Shown here: positions 22,507 through 35,716 of the stretch, in pieces | Position numbering within the stretch: the stretch's first letter is position 1 | How the letters are laid out: each line of letters starts with the position of its first letter | Assembly: GCA_047495785.1 (NCBI GenBank) | Contig: JBLDXI010000024.1 | Coordinates: 2,976,001 to 3,040,000, forward strand | From: Lepidodermella squamata | Taxonomy: Eukaryota; Animalia; Gastrotricha | Length of the DNA: 64,000 nt | Direction of reading: 5' to 3' | Position numbers and translations under genes: made by a program | The notes under the pieces: generated by a model | Seen by the model: only the letters and a program-made list of their open reading frames with translations | What the model was told of the DNA's origin: nothing | Databases searched by the model: none

Positions 22507-23009
22507 CCTATTAACAATGGCTTCCTAATTGCTGGAGCTATTCGGTTTCGCAAAGTTGGAATATTAGCTTTACTGATTAGACTTGCAAATTACTTGCATT
22601 CAACTCAAATCAGCTGAATCTTACAAAATGGCTGAACTCAGCCCAGTGCATATGCAAATCAGTCGATTCGCTCGTAAGCGCTGCTGCATAGAAAGGCCTC
22701 TTTGCAAAAAAAAGGATCTCAAATCATTTATTTACATTGTGCAATGAAAAGAAGGAAATTAAAATAATGTTATTTTTCGGATAAGTCGAAGAAAGGCTTC
22801 ATCGATCAAGTCAGTATAATTCTGGCTAGAATGGCCGTGATGAAATATCAGGGTCAGAAAGATATGACGGAATTTAGCTTCGACTTGGCATTTGAGAAAG
22901 CCCAGCTGTACCTTATTGAATTCCGAAAATGCCAAGATCAGTAAGACTTGGAGTTTGGAACGGCTACGGCATTGCCAGTAGGCCGTACGAGTTTCAGTTA
23001 GCTGTAGAT

Positions 23010-25090
23010 GAGTCAGAGTGCGAGGTGTTCTTCGGGGTAGAGTCGTGGTTCCGACAGCGGAACGGCACAGGCGAAAACGTAGAGTGGATGGCGTTGGATG
23101 TAGCATGCTCGGGTCAGGAGACGGTGACTTTTGTTACAGTCTACGTCCCTAACGGCGAGCGGGCCTTCGATGCAACCTTTCTGCGTGAGCTGGTGTTGCA
23201 CGGGCCGGTGGATGTTTGTGGTGATTTCAACTGTCACCATAGACGACTGTGGGCAGGAGATAAGCGGGACAATGGGGCGGGTAGAGAAGTGCTCAAGTTG
23301 GTAGAGGATGGTTCGTTAAAGCTCATCAGCGCTGGTGTACCGACGCACAAGCACGGCGGGCAGCTAGATCTATGGCTGGCTTCGCCGGACTTGGCCGGTC
23401 AGTTCGGTGTACCCGATGTGGGCGGGTGCTACGCGGCAGTGACCATAACGTGGTTGCGGTCGACTTCGAACTTAGCGCGAGTCGTTCTCCCTATCCCAAG
23501 GTGAGGTTCGACTACAATAAGATGAACGAAGGATTCTGTCAGGCAGTTGTTAAAGACAAGCTGCTGAAGATTCCGCTGCCTGCAAGAGCGAGTGTAGAAG
23601 AGGTACGAAGGTTCGATGGCGAAATCACTAAGGCCATGCAGAAGGCACGAGATAGATCAGTTCCAACGGTGTTAGCAAAACAGCTGAAAAAGTACAGGTC
23701 GACACCGCAGATGGCTGCGTTGATCGAGCGTCGACATAAAGCGTTGCGACAGTACCGTTCTACGGGAAACCCTGTGTTTCAGGCCAGGGCGGACGCGTTC
23801 TATGCTCGTTTCAAGGAGTTAGCAGCCATAGCTGAAGAGCGCAAGCACACGCGTAACCTTCAGCGGATGGAAAAGCGTAGAAGAGTAGATTCGGGGGCGC
23901 TCTTCCGGGCTTTTCGTGAGATCACAGCTGAGAGTGGGTCGGCACCAGGACCAGCGATCCGCACCCTGACCAACGAGGCAGGTGATCTCAAGGGCTGAGA
24001 TGAGAAGCGCGGTTCGACGTTTGAAGCTCAAGGCTCCAGGCCGTGATGAGATTTCGAATATTCTCATCAAAAAGGGCGGTCCAGTCCTTTGGGCGTATCT
24101 GCGCCATTTGTACAATATAGCCTAGCTTGTGGGTTCGTGCCGGAGAGGTGGAAGTTGGCCGTTATTGTCCCGCTTCCGAGGTCAGTGAAGGACTTGTCGA
24201 AACCGTCAGGTTACCGTCCCGTGTCGCTTCTTCCGACAGTCGCGAAGCTGCTAGAGCTCATTTTGGCTACTAGGCTAGCTCTTCTTTTCAGGTCAAATAA
24301 TATAATCCCTGATCATAAGTCTGGTTTTCTGGGTCTCGTCCTTCCTGACCGGCCGGACCTTTACAGCCAAGGTGAGTAGTTGCTTGTGAGTGAGACGGCG
24401 GATATCGGCTCAGGGGTTCCACAAGGATCCTCATTGAGCCCTATACTCTTTGCCTTATTCACAGCGGACTTGATGCCGGATAACAACAGTGACGAGCGCA
24501 AGGCCTTCACCGCCTCGTTCGCTGACGACGTGCTCTTGTTCGCTGTGGCTTGCTACACTGGGATGGCGAAGCAGCGGGTGCAGAAGGCGCTGACGCGGGT
24601 CTCTCGTTGGAGCCGACTCTGGAAGTTGCCGCTTAGTCCGCCGAAGTGTCAAATGCTGCGGTTTGGCGGACAAGTCAACGACGACGACAGGCTGTTTGTG
24701 GGTAACGAGAAGCTGCCGAAGGTTGCAACGGCGAAGTACCTGGGTGTCACGTTTGACGCGATCGGGTCGTGGAAGCCGCATTTCGACAACATCGAGGCGG
24801 ATGCGCGATCTCGTCTCGGGGCTCTTCGCCGGGTCTGCTTCCCTGGTTCGCCGCTTGGCTTTGCCTCGCGGAAGTTGCTGTATCTGACGATCGTGAGACC
24901 GGTTCTTGAGTACTCTTGCGTGGCCTGGTTGGATGCGTCGTATGCGCAGAAAAAGCGCTTGATCGTGCTGCAGAACAACTGTTTGCGGGCGATCATCGGC
25001 TCGTCTATTCTGGACAAGCAGGACGAATCTGAGCTCTACCGTCTAACTGGAGTGGAGCCGCTGGAACGCCGCTGGCTGAAACTAGCAGTC
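23010..25090 (+). mobile_element. Decayed non-LTR retrotransposon (APE endonuclease and RT), frameshifted and internally deleted
   Basis: APE: VYVP, CGDFNCHH, GSDH. RT: WKLAVIVPLP, YRPVSLLPTVAKLLE, GVPQGSSLSP, FADD, KYLGV. Spread over four ORFs. Confidence 0.9.
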
Positions 25091-25776
25091 GTCTCAGTGA
25101 GTTATCGAGGCGCGCCGGCAGGTAGTTTCGGAGGCTGGTCAGTTTTTGCAATACTTCATAGAGCTTGATTTTGCCAACCTCCCACCTAGCAACGCACCAG
25201 GTCTACCCGCGACCAAAAACAGCTTTGAATGCGTTGATCAAGAAAATTTACACGGTGCAAGAGCCTTTGCACAACTTTTCAAAAAAATATAACAAATAAC
25301 GAAAACAGAAGTTTGTTTGTATTTGAAAAGCCTCAAAGAGTGCGTTTGCCCAACTTTGAATGGTTTCATTCGCTTCATTAGCTTCATTTCGTTCAATTTA
25401 CACTAGATTAAAGCAGTTTTTTGACCTGCTTTAATGTAGCGTAACTGCGAAGACTGCGACGACGAGGCCATCCCAAGGCCACCCAGTTCGCCTTACAAGC
25501 GCAACCGGGTGAGGTTGGGGGTGGGTTGAGGGTGGCTAGATAAATCCTTCTAGATAAATCACGACCTGACCATACTTGAATATTCATCTAATTTATTTTT
25601 TCAGCATCTAATATCTCTTTTCGCATCTAGGCATTTTTCTCGCTTCTAATTTAAAAATAGCCGGAATTACTTCAGCTTGTTTAACAGAGAAGAGAGAAAG
25701 AAACAGCAGTGCCCGCTAGAGGGTAACTCTGTTCCTCTGTTCCGGTGAATCTCTGCTTAATCACTGTTATTGACAA

Positions 25777-28020
25777 CTACGTCATAGTACTCTCGGATAT
25801 TATGGGCAGAAAGAGGATGCCAGACACCGATGCGGAAGTTATGAGGGCTGCGATAGCAGCTGTTAATCGCATCGACGCAGCAGAAGCCTGAAGAATGACC
25901 AATATTATCACTGTCGCTACCATGATGGTCGTTAAATTTAACATTGCCATGCCAAGAGTTTTATCAGCGCGATTCACATGGAAATAGCGCAGCCTGAATG
26001 CGAGAAAGCAGCCGAATATCATAACCAGCAAATTAAATCCAGTCAATGCTTGGAAATATGTTTCCTGAGTGGCAGAGTAGCAAACTGAGCCGATGATTTG
26101 AGTTAAGATATCCTTTTCCCAATCGTAAACTACTTTATCAGCGCTTACTTTCATCTTGGCTATCGGCTGATCTTTAGCCACCAGGACTATCAGAGCTATA
26201 AGGTTCAATAGTGGCCAAACAAGAGAAGTGAGTATAGTTCTGCTTTCGCTGTTTGATTTAGCCGATATTGGGACTGCCGGTTTGTTATGATTTCTCCGTC
26301 TTGGGGGAGCAGCTGTTTTAGCCTGCCGAGTTAGATTAGAAAGGAGAGAGAATATCGAACCATCTGTCATAGATATTCCCAAGGTAAGAAATACAGATCT
26401 GGCAGAACAAAGCCAATCGCCAAATTCGTTCGGATTCATCGCGAATAGTATTGATGACAGGTTCAAAAAGGAACAGGCTATCACAATCGTCACATATCTA
26501 GAAAATAATTTTTTATAAGTAATTTTAACTTTCGTAACGGATATTGACTGCATTAGGGTTAAAAAAGCGGCGAGTGTGAATATAGTGATTGAAAACTTCG
26601 TAGTCAAGCCATCCTGCAGTTTGATAAGTACTGCCGAGTCTCTCGGTGGTTCACCAGATTCTGTTTTCCAGCTGATATTGCGGATTTCAGCCAACTGATT
26701 AGAACGATTCCCGGAAGCTTTAATCGCCTTGTAGTTGACTAGAAAACGAGTTCTGATATTCCACGACTGGATAGACATGACTTCATCGTCGTACTCTATT
26801 CGCGGCGAATACTTCATCCTACCTCTCAGGCCTATGAAATCAGTTTCCGTTGCGCTTTCATTCGCAATTCTCATCACTAGCTCTGGAAAGGATTTGAAAT
26901 CTCGAAGTGTCTTGTTGTAGCTCGCCAGTTTTTTCTCGGTTTTGTCTAAAGCAAGGATAGCCATTAGAGTTATGTCGTAACACGCAAATCTATCTGAAAC
27001 GTCCACCAAAGTTCTTGACATTTTCGCTTGATAAAGTAAGAAATGTCTGTCGAACTCATCCGAGTCATATCCTAGCAGTGTGGTGTTCCCATAATTCACA
27101 GCAGGGAAGGGCGATGATCCGAAGAAGAATGAAATTTCATGTTGCGAAATCAATATTTCTTTGGTGCAATTTTCCATTATAATGCTTGGCATGGCCATAG
27201 GGTCGAGCGCCGATAAGGCTAGCAACATGAATACATACCTATCACCTGATATTCCAACATTATGAGCGTAGCATAAGAACGGGATGATGACAGTTATCTC
27301 AGCGACATAAATCACAAAAATCCGAGCATCGCTCTGCTTCATCGATTCCACCGTGGCACGCGATATTCCCGTGCCAACATCGACCCAAGCAAGTCCGACA
27401 TTAAATTTATCCATCTCCTTTAGAAAGTGAGTCGCGATGTTTATGTTGAAAGGGTTGTCCGCGTTTGCATACATCGCAACTTTTGACCATTTGTTTTGCC
27501 TGAGAAAGGACAGACAGATGTAATTTGCGATCTCTGCAGAGCCTCTGATCCGGTATAGGTTCGGGTAGATTTTGCGATTTTCAGTATATATCGGATTATT
27601 GCATGCGTAAGCTATAGCAACACTATTAAGATGGTGCACCATAGCTCCATACGATTTGCATCCAGGAGTGTATGTTCCACCAATAATTATCGGAGATTGG
27701 TAGGTACTAATAACTCCTTCACGTCTGCCCTTCTGAAAGATATCGTCCATTTCTCGAGAGAAACTCACGGTGATGTTAGTCGATAGAATCCCACCGGGTC
27801 CGTCGTCAACATCGCGCATTAAGATGTTGTAGTCTTTCAGAACATCGTTGCGCTGGTTTATTTCATCGATGACGAACCGGACAGTCAAGCTGCACGTCAT
27901 TTCTTGAAGTGGCAGGCCTATGACCATGGTTGATAGGCGTAGAATGGTTATATTGAACGGTTTCCTCGCATCTCCTAGCTGCATCGAACCTATAGTGAGC
28001 ATCAGTAAAACTGCTATCAT
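25777..28020 (-). CDS. GABA-B-like class C GPCR, intronless
   Basis: Close paralog of 18254-20566. Likely start MIAVLLMLTIGSMQ at 28020. Confidence 0.9.
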   Translation of the reverse strand: MIAVLLMLTIGSMQLGDARKPFNITILRLSTMVIGLPLQEMTCSLTVRFVIDEINQRNDVLKDYNILMRDVDDGPGGILSTNITVSFSREMDDIFQKGRREGVISTYQSPIIIGGTYTPGCKSYGAMVHHLNSVAIAYACNNPIYTENRKIYPNLYRIRGSAEIANYICLSFLRQNKWSKVAMYANADNPFNINIATHFLKEMDKFNVGLAWVDVGTGISRATVESMKQSDARIFVIYVAEITVIIPFLCYAHNVGISGDRYVFMLLALSALDPMAMPSIIMENCTKEILISQHEISFFFGSSPFPAVNYGNTTLLGYDSDEFDRHFLLYQAKMSRTLVDVSDRFACYDITLMAILALDKTEKKLASYNKTLRDFKSFPELVMRIANESATETDFIGLRGRMKYSPRIEYDDEVMSIQSWNIRTRFLVNYKAIKASGNRSNQLAEIRNISWKTESGEPPRDSAVLIKLQDGLTTKFSITIFTLAAFLTLMQSISVTKVKITYKKLFSRYVTIVIACSFLNLSSILFAMNPNEFGDWLCSARSVFLTLGISMTDGSIFSLLSNLTRQAKTAAPPRRRNHNKPAVPISAKSNSESRTILTSLVWPLLNLIALIVLVAKDQPIAKMKVSADKVVYDWEKDILTQIIGSVCYSATQETYFQALTGFNLLVMIFGCFLAFRLRYFHVNRADKTLGMAMLNLTTIMVATVIILVILQASAASMRLTAAIAALITSASVSGILFLPIISESTMT

Positions 28021-29034
28021 CGTGTCTGAATTGAGAGTGATCAAGTAGTCGAACTATTGAGATACTCCCTTGACTTATGTACTCCAGCCTACCCACTCCA
28101 GGGAAATCGATAAGTGGTGGAGAGGTAGGGCGCAGACATGTTTTTTGCAAAATTAGCTCCACCTGTTCACAACTTTGTAACGTAGCAAATTGATCCATCA
28201 TGTCAATTTTCGCAGGAATTTCGCAAGATTAGCTGAGTTCACGCGGGGTTAGTAAATTTCCATCCCGCAGAGCGATACACATGTTATCGATGATTTGCAA
28301 TTATTAACTCACAGTAAGTAGGACGTTTTCAAAACGTGGTCATCAGCGAATGATCGTGTCATCAGCATGGACTCGCGAATTGTATCTTTTCACGTGGAGC
28401 TAATGTCTTGCAATTTGCCCAGTTTGCTTACTTGCATAGCTGCCGCCCCGCTCAAAATGGCTGCGCCCCTTATCAATGAAGCAGCTCATTAGCATATTTC
28501 ACTTTACCCAATCGTGAACATTATTGATTATTGACATGGGGGAAAGTTACAGTGATATAGTAGGCAAAATGGTCTGGTTTAGGGAAAGTCCGATTTGATA
28601 TTAAATTCTATATTCTGTGAAGTCCATTTTCGAGCCTCAGAAACTTGGTCAGGTTCAGTAAAAGGTCAGTGGTCAGGATTAAACAACGTTCATTAAATGA
28701 AGCATCAGATTTGATGATATAATATTCATTTCTCTTGCGACTTGAGACGAGAATGGTTTAATCTACGATATGGAATATTAATATTTTAACAAGATTCTAG
28801 TGTCACTAGGAGACAGCAGACAGTATATAGAGACAACCAACATCATAACTTGATCGACATTACCCCTGATATCATATTGAAATGAAACATCAGGTACCGT
28901 ATTTGTTGCTATAGCAGCCCGGGCTACTAAAATTGCAACCTCGAAATTTCGAAAAGTTATAAAAATAATTTTCGCAAAATCGTTCATTTTTTCGAACCGA
29001 CTTGACCCCTCAACTCATCTCAACTCGAATGTGT

Positions 29035-31545
29035 TCAGTTCTCTGTTTCTCGGACGTTTTCAGTTGCTAATGACAAATTCAGATCCACTGCGTTGGAAGG
29101 ATTAGCAATTAGCAATGCTTCACTACGGATAGTAGCTTGCTTAAGAGCAGGTATAGCCGCGCAAAGCGAAGTCACAACTGAGAATGTCGAAGCAATGAAT
29201 GTGACCAATATGTCTTGCGATATTGTAGACCCATCGATAATTATGGCAATCAGCACGGCGACCCATGGCAAGATCGCCGCGTTCAACGCACCGAATCTCA
29301 ATAGACTAAATTCAGCATAGTTATGAGAGATTTTTCCAGGCAGAAGTCCGATTTTGTAGCTGTAATAACATCCGAAGATCATTGATATCAAATGACTGCA
29401 AAGCAGAGCGAACATCCATGCTATCATGTTATCTGAGCTGCAGTTCACGGCATACGTTTTCGACAAAATGTCTGTTGCCTCGGAATAGAATGATCCAATG
29501 ACCTTGAAGGAACATTTCAGCGGGTCAGCTAACATCCAGCTCATTAGATAAATAACTACAACAATCATCACAATTGCAGTTTTTGACGTGATTGCATGAT
29601 CGATTTTCTCCCATTTTTCGCTGGGAATGTTCGCCATGATGTTCGCGATACGGTGTTTTCTAGCGGCATTTTGAGTATCGTTCGTGTTCCCAGCCAACGC
29701 AGAGCTGCTTCCAGCTCTTGTGCTTCTACGAACAGGCTCTAAATTGGGTCTACCTTGTTTCCGAAACAAACCATGCAGCTCCATCATTCTTAAACATAGA
29801 GTGAAACTAGCGCCAAATATCCCGAAAACCAGACTAGTCAGACGGGCTAAGGATAGGTTGAACGCAGTTTTCAGCGAATCCTGCATCGGTACGGCAAAAA
29901 TCACCGATGAAGCGTTCAGAATCAAGCAGCTTATTAAAAGGAATGTTCTCGATCTTGGATTATTCTGGAGAAATTCTGAATTCCTGCGTCTCCTCGTGAG
30001 AAAAATACACGAAAGTGTCGAGGTAACTACAATCGAATTCAGGATTGAGATGGTTGCTACAACACCCAATACCGAAGTTGGAACCTTGCCCGTAACATTC
30101 GCTATCGTGATTGAATCTTTTGGCGGTTTGCCATCCAGCGTTGGCCACCTGAAATTTGCGGTCACTTCTTCCGCCATGGAGAAGGCGCTGAAAGAAGCTG
30201 ATGCTGGAATTACTTGTATCATATTCGCAATTGGAAGAGCTTTGCCGGACTCTGGGGTCCAGTAGAGAACTGCTTGAATATCATTATCAACCTGACCGGA
30301 ATCGCCGTAATACAGCGGCTTAGTAAAACCTGTCAGATTCGTCCTAAGGACCGATTCGTTAGCGATTTTCATGACAAGTCGAGGGTTTTTGCTGAAATCA
30401 GCCAGGGTCATGTTGTAATCCCGCTTCAGTATTCTCTCCGTCCTATCCAAGGCAAAAGTCGTAACTAGAGTTTTGTCGAAACAGGTGTATCTCGTGTCGT
30501 AGTCCGCTAACCTAGGGCCGGGTTGGTATTGATCTAGCAATCGATCGAATTCCATGATGTTTAGTCCAATCTCAGTTCTGCGATAGATATCAGTGTTGCC
30601 AACAAAATTGAAGCCTATGAAAAAAGCTGATCTCATTTGCTCAATGATCATCGCTCGGGTACATCCCGGGTATATGACTTCCGGCAGGTCTTTTATAGGG
30701 TCCAAATACATCGTCGTTGTGAAAAGGAAGATGTACCTGGACCCTTTGATCCCACTGTAATAAGCATCGCACATAACTCGCCTCGCGAAATTCGGGATCG
30801 ATGAGAATACAACAAAAACTCGCATATCGTTCGCTTTCATCAAATCCCATAAATCGGAGGAAACATCCATCGACACTTCGTAGACGGGAATAGTCAAACC
30901 CTGTTCAACCCCGAGGCCGTAGATCAGCTGCGAGGCAAAGTTGTCATTCACGAAAAGAGGATTGCTAATAATGGCAAATCGCCTCCATTTCCCGAAATTT
31001 TTGATGAAATGGACAAAAGCGATTGACGTAACTCGACTCGTTGAAAGGGATAGATACAAGTTGGGATACTCAACGTGATCGGCCAACTGAGGCCATGAGC
31101 AGCCTCCACTCAAGGCAACCAAGTTATTCGGATGCAGCATTTTCCCAATAGATTTACAACTGGTAGAGAAGTTAGGGCCAAGGATGATAGGGGATGGAGT
31201 TGTTCCACTCCCTGAAAGGGTCTCTAAATCTCGAATGTAACCAGCGACCAAGTTAGCAGCTTTAGTCCCTGGACCTTCGTCCGCAAATTGAACGTCAAGG
31301 TAGTAGCCTGGTAGAATGTCTGACCGATTGTTGATCGAATCGTAGACGATTTTCGCTGAGTTCTTGCAAGTCTCATACGTTCGCGGTGGGAAACCTGAAG
31401 TGAAACATTGGATTGAGTGATAAACAATATAAAGGCGCTAGAAAGTACCAGTGAATGGTTCAATATGCAGTAATCTCAAGGGATGTAATTTCCCTGAAAT
31501 TGCCTTCGAAAGAATCAGCGCAGTTAAGATTCGGTTAACGATCAT
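29035..31545 (-). CDS. GABA-B-like class C GPCR (second subfamily), 2 exons
   Basis: Exon 31545-31449 (signal peptide) splices in phase to exon 31394-29035. Venus-flytrap domain, WPTLDGKPPKDS linker, 7TM. Confidence 0.88.
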
Positions 31546-31875
31546 CGCGATATCTCATAAGCTATGGGATTGACGCTATTTCAGTAACAGTGACATTGAA
31601 ACTTAGAAAAAGCTTTTTAGTGCTATGACGGTGACACATTTCCTGCCTTTTTCGTTTTAACTTTAGCCAGCGGCTTCCTTGCTGTCAATTTCGCCCCCTC
31701 ATTTATAATAAATTTGAACAATTCCCTTGACAAAGGGCGCCAACAAACTTGAAGACTAGTGTAAGTATCTTGATGTATTATATCCGTTTTAAGCCAGACG
31801 TAATATGACACTGCACACGCAAGATTATTGGTCAAAAACTGATTTTTTCGAACAATTTTTTCAAAAAAGGATGCG

Positions 31876-33182
31876 TCATGATCTTTTCGTTTCAGCCGGT
31901 TTCTTGCCAGCAAATTTCTCCTTCACCTGAGCTGCAATTCGTTTGACTTCACTCGTCTCCTTAACTTCTTCCTCCCCAGAGTCTTCAGTAGTTTCATCGT
32001 AGGAGCCATCCGTATCAGTGCAGTCAGAACTTTCGGTAACCCAATCGTCGTCATCAGCTTGTTCATTCGCATCTTCCTTAGCAAGAGGTTCGTAGACAAG
32101 CGGTCCAGCGCCCTGATTCGCCATTTCTTTCAATGCGGCTTGTATTTTAGGATGCTCAATGATCTCATCGAAAAATGGCCGTTTAACGGGGTCCTTTGCC
32201 AGCAGCTTGTGAGCAAGTTCATACAGCTCATTGCTGTACCGCTTCGATATTGGAGGTGAAGGCTTGTTGCTGAAAATTAACAATGAACTAGTTTAATCAA
32301 AAGTTACAGGGTGAGGGCTTACTATTGAATAGCTTTGATAAGTGAACCAGTCGATTTGCTATCAAACTGAAAGAAAATTTGAGTAGACAGTCATAAGACC
32401 GCGAGAATCGCACAAACCGGTAGTGAAAGCGTTGCAATGTGATAGAAAACAACGCCATAAGTCCAAACTTCAGCTTTATAATCGAAACCAGCGTCATCGA
32501 ATAGCTCAGGCGCTGAATGGGTAATAGTGCCCCATCCTGTGTAAGCTGCTTCGCCAGTCCACTCCAGCTCCTTCGCTATACCAAAATCGCCAAGTTTCAG
32601 ATAGAAGCCGAATGAAATGAAAATGTTTTCAGCCTTAACATCGCGGTGCAGGACCTTGTTTTCATGAAGGAACTGGAGGGCTCGGCCGAGTTGAGCTGCC
32701 CATAACCAGATGACAGATTCTGGGTACAGTTTGCCGTTTCTTGACTTGATTGCATCTGAAAGTGACTCGGAGTCACAATATTCCATCACTATATGAACGA
32801 CATCTCCGACTAAGAAGATGAATGTATGGTCAAACAGTTGAAAAGGATCAGAAAGGAGTCCTTACCGGAATAAATTTCGAGGGCCCGAACAATGTTAGCG
32901 TGCTGGAGACGCTCCATCACTTCGAACTAATAAATTTTGATTGAAAATGAAATTAGAGGAATACTTTGTAAATACCTCTTTGTAAGCCATTTCTCGGTAC
33001 TTCTCTCGTTGTTCCTTTGACGCTTTCTTCCCGCAAACATCGTTTAGGTCGATTTCTTTGACTACTATTGTGTCACCTTCGGCAACCCTATCGGCCCTGA
33101 ATGCCTTTCCGAAAGCACCCCGAGCTAGGTATTCAACTTTGGTATATTTCTCGCTAGCGATGGCTAATTTGGACGGAGGCAT
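31876..33182 (-). CDS. NEK/NIMA-like Ser/Thr protein kinase, multi-exon, with acidic C-terminal tail
   Basis: LARGAFG, VVKEIDL, IVMEYCD, LHRDVKAENIF, LKLGDFGIAK, APE, DPVKRP. ORF pieces are joined by short GT-AG introns. Confidence 0.88.
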
Positions 33183-33846
33183 GATTGTCAAGGTACTCAA
33201 CTGTTATAATGAAGTTGAAGAGTTTTTATTCAGAAAAGAGCAGCTAAGCGATCTTTAATTGCGTGCGCTAATATCATTAAAATGCTAAAATTATTGCATA
33301 AACACGAATCATAGATGCAAGATCATGACAAAATAATCAGACCTAAAGAAATTAGTCACTATATTTTTCAGTTCTCAGCGCTTATCCTAAAAAAGTTGAA
33401 AATTATTTGCCGAAGGAATACTGTTTATTTTTAAGCCGGAATTGATCAAGAGAAAGAGAGCTACTGCAACATCAAATATCGGGCAAATCAAAATACAGGC
33501 CGAAAATGCGGTAGCCTATTCAGTCGCATTGGACATAAGTGGATTTTACTGCACTCAAACGCGGTGGATTTTACTGCACTCAAGGCTAACAGCAGCATTA
33601 GTCATTAGTTATCCTTAATTATGTGCACTAGTATCAATTAACATCCGAAAATTATAAAATTATAAAATTCTACAAAAATTATTGCCTCTGCTGAAGCCAA
33701 AAAAACCGACGGCTATTCAAGGTCCTCAAACCCCTAGCATCGCTGACGAGAGCTAATTACTGACTAATAAGAGCACGCGCTGATTATGCGTAGCAATCGA
33801 CGCTAAGAAATTACATTCTCGAAATATTCTCTCTTTAATACGAACC

Positions 33847-34787
33847 ATGAATTTTATAAATTTATTGAGCGTCGTCTTCATTGGTTTGCCTTCTTTGATA
33901 GAATGTTGGCACATTAGCTATGTGTATCATCTTTCTTTCAGCGACCTTGTTTTACGATGCCGCAACAGCAAGACGACGACCGAAGTCCAGCAGATGGCTC
34001 AGCATTGACATTGATAATTCGAATGTTAATTTGAATTTGAACAGACTTGAAGAACAGGCTCCTTCGTATCCTTCGTATAACATACCATGGTGGATCCATT
34101 ATCACCAAAAATCAACGAGTACGTCGACTACAACGACAACTTCGAGAACAACTACAACTACAACTTCGACAACATCGACAACAAAGACGCCGACCACAAC
34201 GACAACAACTACAACAACGACAACAACAACAACGCCGACAACAACGACAACGGCTTTGGTAAAATTTATTGATTTTCTTGTTTATTGCAGAAAATGTAAC
34301 TGGATAATGAATTTCTGTATGACAGGTCATTCGATGCCTTGGGCCAGGAGGTGTAGTTACATGCCGACCGACAGCTTGCCAGGCTAACGAAAGGCCATAC
34401 CCAGCAACATCTTACGCTAGCATGTCTGCATGCCAGAATGCCGTCAAAACGATAACTTACTACGCTATCCCTGACCTAGTAGTAACTCTTACTGAAGCTC
34501 AAGCTACTTGTGCAGCCACGGGCGGACTGCTGGCGACAATCCAGACATCGGCGGACCTCGCCACTGCTTCGTCTTATCTTGGCCCATTGGATTATGCTTG
34601 GATCGGCTTGTCACTGGTTTCCGGGCAATGGACGTGGTCGGATGGCGCCCCGTATGCCAACTTCCCGCCATGGTCTTCGGGCAGGCCACTTGGTGGCTAT
34701 AGCTGCGTTTGGCTGTACCTGACTGTACTCGAAGACACTGATTGTAACTCGTCGGCACCTGCTTTTTTCTGTGAAAACTATAATTGA
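33847..34787 (+). CDS. Secreted C-type lectin domain protein with Thr-rich stalk (copy 1)
   Basis: Signal exon, poly-Thr exon, and CTLD exon (AQATC...WIGL...WTWSDG...C...C...FFCE). Confidence 0.88.
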
Positions 34788-35589
34788 TGAAGTGTAGCAT
34801 CTGATATAAAAATTTTCAATTTTTTCAATTTTTGATCTTCAGTCGTTATTACTATGATTTTCTGGAGGTGTTTTTTGAAAAAATGAATCAACAGATTGAT
34901 CTAAACTTGTTCGGCCCCGGATTTTCAGAAAGATATCGTTAGCGTGATTTAATATTTACGGTTCACATGTTATCAGACATTTGTATGAGTCATTCATTTT
35001 TCAGTTTTCGGTATATATCCTGAAGTAGTCGATAATTTGTGGTCGAAGGAATACTATTTTGCTGCAGCCGGATATGATCAGGAGGCAAAAAGCTATTGCA
35101 GCATATCGGCTCGAGGAATCATCCAATATCTTACAAATCAAAATACAGGCTGGTAGCCCAATTCATAATGCGAAGTCGAGTCCTAGTGCCGAATGGGCCG
35201 AATGCATGAGTGGATTTAGCTGCAATCGAACGGAAGCTTTGGCGCAAGACTAACAGCAAACAGCAGCATTAGTCATTACCCATATTAATCCCATTAACCC
35301 ATAAATCCCATTAAAGCCCAACGACATCTTTTCCTGCCACCCTATACCGTATTTCATCAAATAATAGCCATGGCTACTATTTTTTCCGTATCTCCGAAAA
35401 TAGTCCAAAAAAGACGCAATTATTCAAGGGGGCTATTATTTATTGGCAATTGGCAAATTTCGTCATCGCAAGTCGTTTGCGCTGTTCAATTCTCTGTTGC
35501 CTGACCCACGCTGCTAATTAATCATCGACATCCACAAAGAAAAAAAAGAAAGCGACCGTAGGTTGCCTTTAACAATAACTTTATTCGTA

Positions 35590-35627
35590 AGCGTCGTTTC
35601 GGCCCTTGCGCGGACCATCATCAGGCT
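35590..35627 (-). ncRNA. Penelope-type minimal hammerhead-ribozyme-like motif (probably degenerate)
   Basis: Minus strand reads agc-CTGATGA-T-GGTCC-GCGCAA-GGGCC-GAAA-CGAC-gct followed by AATAAA. The cleavage-site U is replaced by A. Confidence 0.6.
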
Positions 35628-35716
35628 ATAACAAAGAAAAACCATAACAAGAATTAGTACAGCAAAAGGACGAAATCACAACAACCATACACGGGTATTT
35701 ATCTCATCACCAACAT

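Noticed and set aside
34047-34330. Gln/Arg-, Asn/Asp- and Cys-rich ORFs
   Set aside because: Alternative frames of the poly-Thr (ACA/ACG) stalk.
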